Shown piece by piece: positions 18,518 to 27,214 of a stretch of DNA of 64,000 nt. The stretch's first letter is position 1. Each line of letters opens with the position of its first letter. The notes under the pieces are model-generated. The model was not told where the DNA came from. It worked only from the letters and a program-made list of their open reading frames with translations, and did not search any database. The stretch is taken from positions 17,455 to 81,454 of the forward strand of contig DAOUJK010000041.1 in assembly GCA_034422795.1 (NCBI GenBank), given 5' to 3'. A program made the translations under genes and the position numbers. The DNA is from Dehalococcoidia bacterium. Lineage in GTDB: Bacteria > Chloroflexota > Dehalococcoidia > Lucifugimonadales > Australimonadaceae.

Positions 18518-19690
18518 CTAGCGCGCGGCCACCTGCGCGTCCGGCGAGCGGCTGGTCCCGATCTGCGCGACGCCCTCGTCGACGTTCGTGTCGATGAGCG
18601 GGTGGTCCGGGTCGCGGAAGACGCCGATGGGGTCCTCGCCGCGCTGCACCCGCTCGATCTGCTCCTTGGTCACGCGCCGCAGCAGCACGACGCCCCGGTC
18701 CGAGTACGAGAGGTGCTCGACGGTGCGGTCGGTGATGGGGCCCTGCGTCTCCCACGCCATCTGGTCCTGTGCGTTCACGTCGCGCAGGATGAACCGGGTG
18801 AAGGGGTGGTCCTTCTCCGGGTCCTCCTTGATGGGCGGGTCGAACTTGAACTCCGGCTCGAACGCGTCCGGGGGCTCGCTGCCGTCCTCCGTGGGGTAGA
18901 AGAACATGCGGAGGTGCCAGGTGTGCGTGTCGTCTATGGGCGTGCGGAACTGCGTGCTGGCGCCCTGGCGCAGGATGTTCGGGAAGAGGACGGGGTGCTC
19001 GTCCACCATGCCGTTCTTGTAGGTGCGCTTCTTCATGAGCCCGCCGTAGTCGGTCACGTAGAACTCGAAGTGGTCCACGTCGTCGGTGAAGCCGCGCGTC
19101 GTGTTGACGGGCTGTCGCCCGCCACCGGTGAACTCCTGGTGCAGCACCTGCAGGTGGGCCGGGTCCATGGAGTTCTCCATCGCCTGGAACCAGTTGCAGT
19201 TCAGCGGCGGATGGATGCGCACCACGCGCTTGCCGTCCTTGCGGAACATCGTGTCGTAGGGGGCCATCGGCGGGGCGGGCAGGGGGCCCATGTAGGCGAA
19301 GACGAGGCCGATGTGCACCTGCACCTTGTAGGCGGGCTGCTTCACGGAGCGCATGATCGCCTCGTTCTTCTCCGGCGGGGTCTCGAGGATGTTGCCGTCG
19401 CAGTCGTACAGCCAGCCGTGGTAGGCGCAGGAGATGCCCCGCTCCTCGACGCGCCCGTACACCAGCGAGGCGCTGCGGTGCGCGCAGTGGTCGGCGAGCA
19501 GGCCGATGCGACCGGACTTGTCCTTGAAGAGGACGAGGTCTTCCCCGAGGACGCGGACGGCCTTGGTGGGGCGCTCGTCCGTCAGATCTGAGGCGATGGC
19601 GATAGGGTGCCAGAAGCGGCGGAGCAGTTCGCCCGCGGGCGTGCCTGGGCCGACCCTCGTGAGCAGGTCGTTCTCTTGTTGCGTGAGCAT
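18518..19690 (-). CDS. Rieske [2Fe-2S] aromatic-ring-hydroxylating oxygenase alpha subunit (paralogue 1)
   Basis: CAHRSASLVYGRVEERGISCAYHGW is a CxH...CxxH Rieske motif. N-terminus MLTQQENDLLTRVGPGTPAGELLRRFWHPIA. Confidence 0.85.
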   Translation of the reverse strand: MLTQQENDLLTRVGPGTPAGELLRRFWHPIAIASDLTDERPTKAVRVLGEDLVLFKDKSGRIGLLADHCAHRSASLVYGRVEERGISCAYHGWLYDCDGNILETPPEKNEAIMRSVKQPAYKVQVHIGLVFAYMGPLPAPPMAPYDTMFRKDGKRVVRIHPPLNCNWFQAMENSMDPAHLQVLHQEFTGGGRQPVNTTRGFTDDVDHFEFYVTDYGGLMKKRTYKNGMVDEHPVLFPNILRQGASTQFRTPIDDTHTWHLRMFFYPTEDGSEPPDAFEPEFKFDPPIKEDPEKDHPFTRFILRDVNAQDQMAWETQGPITDRTVEHLSYSDRGVVLLRRVTKEQIERVQRGEDPIGVFRDPDHPLIDTNVDEGVAQIGTSRSPDAQVAAR

Positions 19691-19815
19691 CGTTGCACCT
19701 CTTGCGTGCGTGCTGTTTGCGTACGGTACTGTACTCCCGTTCCCACCCCCCGTTCAAGCGTGGCGGGCGACTGAGTGCGGCTACGTCTGCGAGGGGCTGG
19801 AGTATCATCAGGTCC

Positions 19816-21237
19816 ATGGTCGGGCCAGGGGTACCAGCGCATCCGTCTTTGGGCAGGTCCCGCGTTCCACGGTGGGCCGCTTCCCTGGTCGGGATACTGC
19901 TCACCGGCGCTCTGCTCGTCTCCTGTGATGCCGGTACGGCTCCCGCAGGCGGGTCGGCTCCGATGCCCGAGGGGCCGCGGATGTCTCTTGACGAGTACGC
20001 GGCATTGTGCGCCGAGTACGCGTCCGACGAGATCGCGCAGGACGCCACCTATGGGCAGGTGTCGGCGGAGCTGGCCGCATCGATCGAACTCATGGAGTCT
20101 GTGAACCCGCCTCTGGAAGTCGCGGACTGGCACAACGAGTCTCTCGCCTATGGGAAGGCCGTGAAGGGCATCGCCGACGGGCAGCCGGGCGATGAAACCG
20201 CGAACCCGTTCGTGTTCCTCCTTCTGCTGCCCCAACTGCAGGACCTGGAAGCCACGATGAACGCACTGGACCCCGGGGTGCGCAGGCAGTTGGCTGCGAC
20301 AGGCTGCCTGAGCGAAGAGGATGCTGCCGGTCTCGAGATCGGCAGTCCTGAGGACGTGCGGTTCGCCGTGGAGGGCTCAACGATACGCGTCAGTTGGGAT
20401 GAGGTGAGCGGTGCCGGTCACTACAACGTGTACTATGCGAACGAGCAGAGCTGTCACGTCCTGCCTGACGGAGACACCGTCTACTGTGAGCTGCTGGCCT
20501 CCAACGTAGTGGAGACGGCCTACACGCATTCGGACCCCCACGAGGACATGAACTACTATTGGGTGGCTGCGTGCGATGGTGCAGGCTGTTCGAGGATCGA
20601 TGAGGAGGAATCAGCCAGGTCCATCGAAGGCCCCCCGCACGTGCCGGGGAATGTGCGGTTCAGCCGGGACAGAGCGACGGCCACTGTCACTTGGGACTCC
20701 TCGGAGGGGGCGACCCACTACAAGGTCTACTACAACCAGTTCGAGGACCCGGAGTGCTTCCTGGCAGGCTCCGGCACACCGTTGGGTTGCCGGGAGTTGG
20801 ACGGTAGAGTCGTCGGGACAACCTACGTCCATGAGGAGCCCGACCCCGATCTCAACTACTACTGGGTGGTCGCGTGTGACAGACGGGGGTGCTCTGAGAT
20901 CGATTCCCTGGATCCGGCGAGGCCGGTGGCGCCCAGACCCGCCGTGCCGTCGAACGTCACGTACGGCGTGGAGGGTCCGACGGTGCGCGTCACCTGGGAC
21001 CCGGTGGAAGGAGCAGACTACTACGCGGTCTTCCACGACAGATTCTTCGGATCTGCCTGTTCGCTGGAGTGGGACGGTACAGCGTCCTTCTGCGATGAGT
21101 TGGCGACGGACCTGGCCGGGACGACCTACGTCCACACCGACCCTGGCCCCGACCAGAACTACTATTGGGTGATCGCCTGTAATAGGGGAGGATGCTCGGC
21201 GGTCGACTCCGGGAACCCGGCCAGCCCTGCTCCATGA
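19816..21237 (+). CDS. Lipoprotein with three tandem FN3-like, Cys-containing repeats
   Basis: Lipobox LLVSC after a hydrophobic segment. Three ~95-aa repeats each end in NYYWV.AC...GCS..D. Confidence 0.65.
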   Translation: MVGPGVPAHPSLGRSRVPRWAASLVGILLTGALLVSCDAGTAPAGGSAPMPEGPRMSLDEYAALCAEYASDEIAQDATYGQVSAELAASIELMESVNPPLEVADWHNESLAYGKAVKGIADGQPGDETANPFVFLLLLPQLQDLEATMNALDPGVRRQLAATGCLSEEDAAGLEIGSPEDVRFAVEGSTIRVSWDEVSGAGHYNVYYANEQSCHVLPDGDTVYCELLASNVVETAYTHSDPHEDMNYYWVAACDGAGCSRIDEEESARSIEGPPHVPGNVRFSRDRATATVTWDSSEGATHYKVYYNQFEDPECFLAGSGTPLGCRELDGRVVGTTYVHEEPDPDLNYYWVVACDRRGCSEIDSLDPARPVAPRPAVPSNVTYGVEGPTVRVTWDPVEGADYYAVFHDRFFGSACSLEWDGTASFCDELATDLAGTTYVHTDPGPDQNYYWVIACNRGGCSAVDSGNPASPAP

Positions 21238-21268
21238 GCGGGCGGCGACCGGCGTACGCGACGCGCTC

Positions 21269-22555
21269 CTACTCTTTCCGGCCGGAAGCCGCGGACCTGC
21301 GGTGGGTTTCCGGCACGAATGCGGCGAGGATGAGCGAAGAGAGCATCCCCGCCGCGCCGACGACTCCCAGCGCCAGGGTGAAGCCGGAGAGCGCCGTGCA
21401 GACCGCGAAGATCGCGGGATTGGTCGCGAACCCCGCCTGCGTGACCGTGCGCCCCACTGCGAAGAAGCGTCCCCTGCCACCGGGAGGCGCGAGGTCGGAG
21501 CCGACGACCTGCCACGAGCCGGTGAGCAGGCTGTTCATCGTCTGCAGGACGACGAACCCCACGATGAAGTAGCCGAACCCCAGCCCGACGAACGACGTAA
21601 CGCCCAGGAAGGCCATCGCGGCGCCCAGCAGGAACAGGCCGGGCACGATGGATATCTTCCGCCCGAAGCGGTCCATCAGGTACCCTGCGGCGAAGGTGAG
21701 CGGTATCCCCGCGCCGGCCATCAGGCTGCTCAGGACGCCGAGCGTCGCGGGGTCGGCTTCCTCGTAGGCGTACGCTGCGTAGACGAACACGGTGCTGCCC
21801 GCCACGATGCCGCCGCGCGCCGTCATGCCGAGCCACTGCGCGAGGAACATGACTGGTATCGGGTGAGCGAGGAGCGCCCTCCACGAGAAGCTCTCCGCGG
21901 CGACGGACGCCGTGCCCCGGCCTCCGCGGCGTCCGTCCTGCGGCATCGTCTCCCTGGCGAAGAACCCTGGGGCCATCGCCACGAGCGCGAACGCCCCCTG
22001 AACGATGAACGCGATCTCCAGTCCGTACGTGACGGCCAGCAACCCGCCCGCCAGCGGCCCGGCCAGCGTACCGACGTGCTGCACGCCGAGGAGACTCGTG
22101 ATCATGCGGCCACGGGAGCCCGAGGCGCTCGTGTCGGCGATCATGGTGAGCCGGCTGAGTGTCCACATCTGCGTGCCCCATCCGCCGATGAAGCGGTAGA
22201 GGAGCAGCAACTCGAAGGAGCCGGCTGTGGCGGTGAGGAAGGCGGACAGGGCGGTGAGCGCCGGCCCCAGGATGAGGATGCGACGCCTTCCGACCTTGTC
22301 CAGCAGGTAGCCGATGGGGACACTGGCGATGAGCCCGCCGAGCATGGTGGAGACGAACACGAGTGACGCCTGTCCCGGTCCGACGCCGAACGACTTCGCG
22401 AACTCCGGCACGACCGGGACCGTGGCCCCCATGCCGAACCCGAGCGCGATCGCGGGCAGGTGGAGTTGGAAGAGCAACCGCACGAGGCGGTACGAGGGAG
22501 CGCCCGCATCCGCTGCGGGCGCCGGGGACTGGCTGGAGGGCGGCTGCGTCGTCAC
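21269..22555 (-). CDS. MFS transporter
   Basis: 428 aa, 12 predicted TM segments, LDKVGRRRILILG loop motif. Confidence 0.8.
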   Translation of the reverse strand: MTTQPPSSQSPAPAADAGAPSYRLVRLLFQLHLPAIALGFGMGATVPVVPEFAKSFGVGPGQASLVFVSTMLGGLIASVPIGYLLDKVGRRRILILGPALTALSAFLTATAGSFELLLLYRFIGGWGTQMWTLSRLTMIADTSASGSRGRMITSLLGVQHVGTLAGPLAGGLLAVTYGLEIAFIVQGAFALVAMAPGFFARETMPQDGRRGGRGTASVAAESFSWRALLAHPIPVMFLAQWLGMTARGGIVAGSTVFVYAAYAYEEADPATLGVLSSLMAGAGIPLTFAAGYLMDRFGRKISIVPGLFLLGAAMAFLGVTSFVGLGFGYFIVGFVVLQTMNSLLTGSWQVVGSDLAPPGGRGRFFAVGRTVTQAGFATNPAIFAVCTALSGFTLALGVVGAAGMLSSLILAAFVPETHRRSAASGRKE

Positions 22556-22844
22556 GCGGGGAGGTTACACCCATGGCCGTTATTCCCGCGCAGGCGGGAA
22601 TAACGCAGCCGGGGAGGCAGGGATGGACATGATAGCGAGGAGGCTTCATCACTCCAGCGGAGGCTGGAGTCCAGGAAGCGACACGGACGGCGAGGCGCTG
22701 GCTCTTGTCATGCTGAGCGGAGTCCGCGCTTTAGCGCGCAGCACCCTCTCAGGTGAACCGGTCCCTTCCCCCTCGACGGGGGAAGGTTAGAGCCTGCCCC
22801 GCACTTGATGCGGGGATGGGGGTGCACCGATGGGAGAACGAACC

Positions 22845-23435
22845 CTATCGCGGCTCGATCACCCCGCAGGCTACCCGTTTGCCGGTGTCCGACTCCGTTT
22901 CTCCATAGAGGTCCGGCTTTTCATGCACGATGATGGCGGAGCCGTCATCATCGAATATGGAATGACTCAGGGCCGTGTCCAGTGTGATGCCAACGGCAAA
23001 GAAGTCTGCGCGTGCGGAACCGTCGGAGGCGGCGTAGATATTGGGCAGGTCGCCGCTGTGTCCTCCCCCCGCTTCGCCCCGCTTCCAGGCCGGATGGACA
23101 AGACCATGCTCGGCGCCAGTGGGGTTGAAGTGGTCGCCGGCGGCATTGAAGTCAGGCGAACACGCGCCGACCTCGTGGATGATGAACGCGTGGCCTCCCG
23201 GGGCTAGCCCCTGCACGTCGGCCATGATCAGGACTCCGGAGCTTGCTTGCCGGAACGTAACGGTTCCCATGGCATCGCCGGAAGGGGATTCCAGTGCAGC
23301 CTCTGCCGTCAAGCCTGCTTGGGGCTGGGCCGCTTCACCTGACCCGGCGGTCATCAGAACGAAGATGCCGACGATTATCAAGGCGATGATGCCTACAGGC
23401 ACCAGGAGAATGGCCATCGCCCGTCTCTCAGTCAT
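22845..23435 (-). CDS. sodC: Cu/Zn superoxide dismutase with N-terminal membrane anchor/signal
   Basis: GGHAFIIHEVGAC...GDHFNP...GGHSGDLPNI...IIVHEKPD...GKRVACGVI are SodC copper/zinc ligand motifs. Confidence 0.85.
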   Translation of the reverse strand: MTERRAMAILLVPVGIIALIIVGIFVLMTAGSGEAAQPQAGLTAEAALESPSGDAMGTVTFRQASSGVLIMADVQGLAPGGHAFIIHEVGACSPDFNAAGDHFNPTGAEHGLVHPAWKRGEAGGGHSGDLPNIYAASDGSARADFFAVGITLDTALSHSIFDDDGSAIIVHEKPDLYGETESDTGKRVACGVIEPR

Positions 23436-23636
23436 CTGGAGTCACCTCCTCGGGCTGCCCTGCTCTGCCCTGCTGTGAGAGAAGAGGACCTTGGGAGGCA
23501 AGAGGGTCTGGCGAGCAAGGACATAGAGCGAGCGGCCTCTGTCTGCAACAGGATAAACAGAGAGTGGCGGTTGTGAAGGTAAACTGCGGTCTCATTTCGG
23601 ATACCGAAACTGATATCACCAAAGTGTTTCGGCATC

Positions 23637-23666
23637 TTGACAGCATCATTATCTAACATCATGATG
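23637..23666 (+). promoter_or_regulatory. Candidate vapBC promoter/operator
   Basis: TTGACA at 23637-23642, then 17 nt, then CATGAT. Inverted repeat CATCAT..ATGATG and the palindrome ATCATGAT overlap the -10 region. The ATG lies only about 7 nt downstream. Confidence 0.3.
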
Positions 23667-23671
23667 TCTCC

Positions 23672-23929
23672 ATGAGAACGACGCTTACCCTGGATGACGA
23701 TGTCGCGGACTCGCTCAAGGAGCAGGCGAGGCTGCTGAACATGCCATTCAAGCGGGTGGTGAACGACGCGCTGCGCCGGGGGATGTCGCCCGGCGTCCAG
23801 GAGGACCGGCCGGTGTTCCGGGTCACGCCGCTCTCCGGGGGCTTCCGTCCGGGAGTTGACCCCCTCAAGCTCAATCAACTCAGTGACGAGTTGGAGACGC
23901 AGTCGTTCACCGGGCGGGACGCCGGATGA
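23672..23929 (+). CDS. vapB: VapB-type antitoxin
   Basis: MRTTLTLDDDVADSLKEQARLL... is a typical VapB N-terminus. 4-nt overlap with the downstream PIN gene. Confidence 0.75.
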   Translation: MRTTLTLDDDVADSLKEQARLLNMPFKRVVNDALRRGMSPGVQEDRPVFRVTPLSGGFRPGVDPLKLNQLSDELETQSFTGRDAG

Positions 23930-24351
23930 TCGTCCCGGACGTCAACCTGCTCGTCTACGCGTATAACGATGCCGCGCCCTTCCATGAGCAGGCCCGCCGC
24001 TGGTGGGAAGGCTTGGTGAACGGTACGGAGCGGGTAGGTGTCCCGTGGCTGGTGGCAACAGGCTTCGTGCGGCTGCTGACCCACCCGAGCGTTCGTGAGC
24101 GGCCCGCAACGCCCATGCAGGCAGTGGACTACGTGGAAGAGTGGTTCCGCTTCTCCAACGTTATGCTTCTGAATCCCGGAGCGGAGCATCTCAGGCTGTT
24201 CCGCCGGGCACTGAACGCTGCGGGCGTCGGCGCCAACCTGGTGACGGATGCTCACGTCGCTGCCCTGGCCATGGAGCACCAGGCGGAGGTCCACTCCAAC
24301 GACGCGGACTTCGGCCGCTTCCCCGGCCTTCGCTGGCGTAACCCCCTCTGA
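23926..24351 (+). CDS. vapC: PIN-domain toxin, VapC family
   Basis: MIVPDVNLLVYAY...TDAHVAALAMEHQAEVHSNDADFGRF carries the PIN acidic residues. Confidence 0.85.
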   Translation: MIVPDVNLLVYAYNDAAPFHEQARRWWEGLVNGTERVGVPWLVATGFVRLLTHPSVRERPATPMQAVDYVEEWFRFSNVMLLNPGAEHLRLFRRALNAAGVGANLVTDAHVAALAMEHQAEVHSNDADFGRFPGLRWRNPL

Positions 24352-24467
24352 CTGAGAGTGAGCCCGCCGGACCGCTCGTTGTGAGCCTGTCGGACCACCG
24401 TTGTGCTGGCGTGTGACCATTGAGCGCCCCGTTCGTGTGGAGCGAGCGGAACGGAAGGAGATGAGGT

Positions 24468-25265
24468 TTGCGCGGCGGAGATGAAGGACGGGATGACCTG
24501 CTCCGGCCGGCCGGGTTTCCCCGCTCGGCCAACTACCCTCCGGACTGGGTCCTGGACAACATGATGGGCCCGAACGCCCTGTGGCTCACGGAGTCCCTCG
24601 CAGCGTGCATGGACCTCCGCCCCGGTATGCGGGTCCTGGACATGGGTTGCGGCAAGGGGTTGAGTTCCATATTCCTGGCGAAGGAGTACGGCCTGCAGGT
24701 GTGGGCGACGGACCTGTGGATAGACGCGGGCGAGAACCTCGGTCGCATCCGCGAGGCCGGCCTCGAAGGCAGCGTGTTCCCCATCCACGCGGAGGCGCAC
24801 GCCCTGCCGTTCGCCGGCGGGTTCTTCGATGCCATGGTGAGCGTGGATGCATACCACTACTTCGGGACGGACGACCTCTACCTGCAGGACCACCTGGCCG
24901 GCCTGGTCAAGCCCGGCGGGCCGATGGGGATCGTCGTGCCCGGGTTGGTCGAAGAGCTGACCTCCAATGAGCCGCCGGAACATCTCCGGCCCTGGTGGGG
25001 ACCGGAACTCTTCAGCCTCCACAGCCCGGCGTGGTGGCGGCGTCACTGGGAACGCAGCGGGTTGGTGACCGTCGAGCTTGCCGACCTCCTCCCGGACGGA
25101 TGGCGACTCTGGATGGCGTCGGACCTGCTGTGGTCGGAGCGGCTGGGCAAGCCCGCCGACGAGGCCGACATGCTGGCCCTGGATAGCGGGCGGACCCTGG
25201 GGTTCACCCGCATGGTGGCCCGCAGGAACGATCGGCCAACCGCACGCCTGGATGTCCTCGAGTGA
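24468..25265 (+). CDS. Class I SAM-dependent methyltransferase
   Basis: RVLDMGCGKGLSSIFLA is motif I. TTG start 8 nt after GGAAGGAG. Confidence 0.8.
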   Translation: MRGGDEGRDDLLRPAGFPRSANYPPDWVLDNMMGPNALWLTESLAACMDLRPGMRVLDMGCGKGLSSIFLAKEYGLQVWATDLWIDAGENLGRIREAGLEGSVFPIHAEAHALPFAGGFFDAMVSVDAYHYFGTDDLYLQDHLAGLVKPGGPMGIVVPGLVEELTSNEPPEHLRPWWGPELFSLHSPAWWRRHWERSGLVTVELADLLPDGWRLWMASDLLWSERLGKPADEADMLALDSGRTLGFTRMVARRNDRPTARLDVLE

Positions 25266-25519
25266 GGCTTGGCGTGACACGCGCCCCTTCCGCAGTCGCC
25301 CCACGACCGCGTACGCTGGTCGGTGGCGGCAACCCGACGGACCAACGGAGGACCGGCTGAGGGGCTCAAAAAGGCTCGGAAAGGCTCACGAAACAGGGGA
25401 TTTGAACCTTTTTGAGCCTCGCCAGGGGCTCGTTAAGGGCACAAACGCCAGAGGTAAATGAGCCGAAATGAGCCTGCCGTTACGAGTAAATCACGAAGAA
25501 CTTCCTGCCCCGCCGGGCC

Positions 25520-26386
25520 TCACTCCGTCTGTTCGCGGTACCAGCGGTAGACGTCGGTGGCGGTCATCGGGATCGCGCCGGGGGTGTTCATGATGAGTTC
25601 CAGCATCTTGACGAAGTACGGGAAGCGGTGCGGCTGGCCCACGATGAACGGGTGCAGGCCCACGGACATGACCCGCGCGGTCTCCGGCTCGTCGTTCAGC
25701 AGGGTAGTCAGGTGGTCGTGGACGCGCTCCAGCATCGACGGCCCCGGATGGCCGAGCCGGACGTAGACGCCGATGTCGTTCAACTCGTTGGAGTAGGGGA
25801 CGGAGAAGAGCCTGCCCTTGTCCACCTTCAACTCGTAGGGCTGGTCGTCGTTCACCCAGTCGAGGACGAACTCGACGCCTTCCTCAACGAGCAGTTCCGG
25901 GGTCTCCGCGGTCTCGCCGAGTCCGGGGCCGAGCCAGCCGAGTGGACGCGTGCCGGTGAACTCCTCGATCGTATCGAGCGCGAGGCGGACCGCGGCGGCC
26001 TCGTCCTCCTCGGCGGGGAGCGGACGTTGGTGGTAGCCGTGGCCGACGACGTCCCATCCGGCATCGAGCGCGGCACGGGCGACCTGCGGGTAGAAGTCGC
26101 AGACGGAGCCGTTGAGCGCCATCGTCATCGGCACGTTGAGCCTCCGGGTGGCGCCGAGGACCCGCCAGAAGCCGACCCGCAGGCCGTACTCGAACCAGGA
26201 GAAGTTGGGCACGTCCGGCAAACGTTCGCGTCCGGGCGGCTGGGGGCTGAGCGGGCGTCCGACGGGCTGGTCGAACTCGTTCTGCTCCACGTTCATCACG
26301 AGCACGACGGCCACGCGCGCGCCGCGCGGCAGGTGCAGCGCCGGCCTGTCGGGCAGCGGGACGAAATCGGCTCTCGGGTTCGCCAT
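25520..26386 (-). CDS. Polysaccharide deacetylase family protein (PuuE-like)
   Basis: Pattern VAVVLVMNVEQNEF...NFSWFEYGLRVGFWR...ALNGSVCDFYP...VVGHGY is typical of PuuE-like deacetylases. Confidence 0.75.
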   Translation of the reverse strand: MANPRADFVPLPDRPALHLPRGARVAVVLVMNVEQNEFDQPVGRPLSPQPPGRERLPDVPNFSWFEYGLRVGFWRVLGATRRLNVPMTMALNGSVCDFYPQVARAALDAGWDVVGHGYHQRPLPAEEDEAAAVRLALDTIEEFTGTRPLGWLGPGLGETAETPELLVEEGVEFVLDWVNDDQPYELKVDKGRLFSVPYSNELNDIGVYVRLGHPGPSMLERVHDHLTTLLNDEPETARVMSVGLHPFIVGQPHRFPYFVKMLELIMNTPGAIPMTATDVYRWYREQTE

Positions 26387-26640
26387 GACGTCGCCTCCGG
26401 CGAGGGTGTGGGGAGTATCTCACGGGAGTGGGCAGCGTGCACGGGGTGAGATGAAGGGCGCTGTCACGCTGAACGGGGCCCGCGCTTCAGGGCGCAGCAT
26501 TCTCTGGGGGAACGTTCGTGCGCACTGTCGCGCCTCCCTGAGGGTTCCTCGACTCTGCTGCGCTTCCCTTGGAACGACAACCCACCCGCCCTCCGCTTCA
26601 TGGGGCTCCCTCTCCTGGGTGGGTTGAGAGGGCGTCCAAC

Positions 26641-26724
26641 GGAGAGTGCAGAGGGGCGGAGCCCCGCTGCCGGGGAGTGGGGGTGTCCCCCACAGCGTAC
26701 CGGGCAGGGTGGGTGGGAAGAAGG
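26641..26724 (+). repeat. Family-A ~84-nt intergenic element, copy 1 (two hairpins plus a G-run tract)
   Basis: GCAGAGGGGC..GCCCCGCTGC hairpin, GTGGGGGTGTCCCCCAC hairpin, then GGGCAGGGTGGGTGGG. Further copies at 34316 and 42213. Confidence 0.7.
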
Positions 26725-26824
26725 ACGTCCGCCAGGCACGCCGTGCGATGGTTCGCCAGGCGCCGCGCCGCCCAAGGCTTTACAGGAAGGGCGCTCCGGA
26801 CAGACAATGAGGGGACGCGCAGTG

Positions 26825-26901
26825 GGGCGGTTAGCTCAGTTGGTTAGAGCGCTTGCTTCACACGCAAGAGGTCACAGGTTCAAGTCCTGTATCGCCCACC
26901 A
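26825..26901 (+). tRNA. tRNA-Val (anticodon CAC), CCA encoded
   Basis: Acceptor GGGCGGT/ATCGCCC, D arm GCTCAGTTGGTTAGAGC, anticodon loop TTCACAC, T-loop GGTTCAAGTCC. Confidence 0.9.
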
Positions 26902-26933
26902 CTCCGTGGGGGCCACCACTGTGTGAGGGGCGT

Positions 26934-27019
26934 GCCGAGGTGGCGGAACGGCAGACGCGCTGTGTTCAGGGCGCAGTGTCCTTACGGGCGTGCGAGTTCA
27001 AATCTCGCCCTCGGCACCA
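26934..27019 (+). tRNA. tRNA-Leu (anticodon CAG), CCA encoded
   Basis: Acceptor GCCGAGG/CCTCGGC, anticodon stem CTGTG/CGCAG with loop TTCAGGG, long variable arm, T-loop GAGTTCAAATCTC. Confidence 0.9.
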
Positions 27020-27068
27020 ACTGAAAAGATGACGTCTCCGGTCCCGCAACCGGCGGCAACTTGAGAGT

Positions 27069-27146
27069 GCGCTAGTAGCTCAGTCAGGATAGAGCGCATC
27101 CCTGCGGAGGATGAGGCCGTGGGTTCGAGTCCCGCCTAGCGCGCCA
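27069..27146 (+). tRNA. tRNA-Arg (anticodon GCG), CCA encoded
   Basis: Acceptor GCGCTAG/CTAGCGC, anticodon stem CATCC/GGATG with loop CTGCGGA, T-loop GGTTCGAGTCC. Confidence 0.85.
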
Positions 27147-27214
27147 CTCTTCTCTCCCCGTATACGACGTCCCGCGCTGCCCGCCCGCCGGTTTCGTGCT
27201 ATCGTTGCCGTGCC

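Larger units (their letters stand above)
16879..18524. mobile_element. Low-GC insertion (16891-18512) bounded by the 12-bp direct repeat GCGCTCTAGCGC; no recombinase gene
   Basis: Repeat at 16879-16890 and 18513-18524. A hand-counted line inside is about 42% GC versus about 77% in the chrA flank. Both flanking genes' stop codons lie inside the repeat. Confidence 0.65.

Noticed and set aside
22556-22844. Possible small gene or ncRNA between the MFS gene and sodC.
   Set aside because: The region is explained by a family-C REP unit and two perfect hairpins (CCTTCCCCC..GGGGGAAGG and CCCCGCA..TGCGGGG). There is no ORF with an RBS. It may function as a terminator stack, but I cannot support a specific call.
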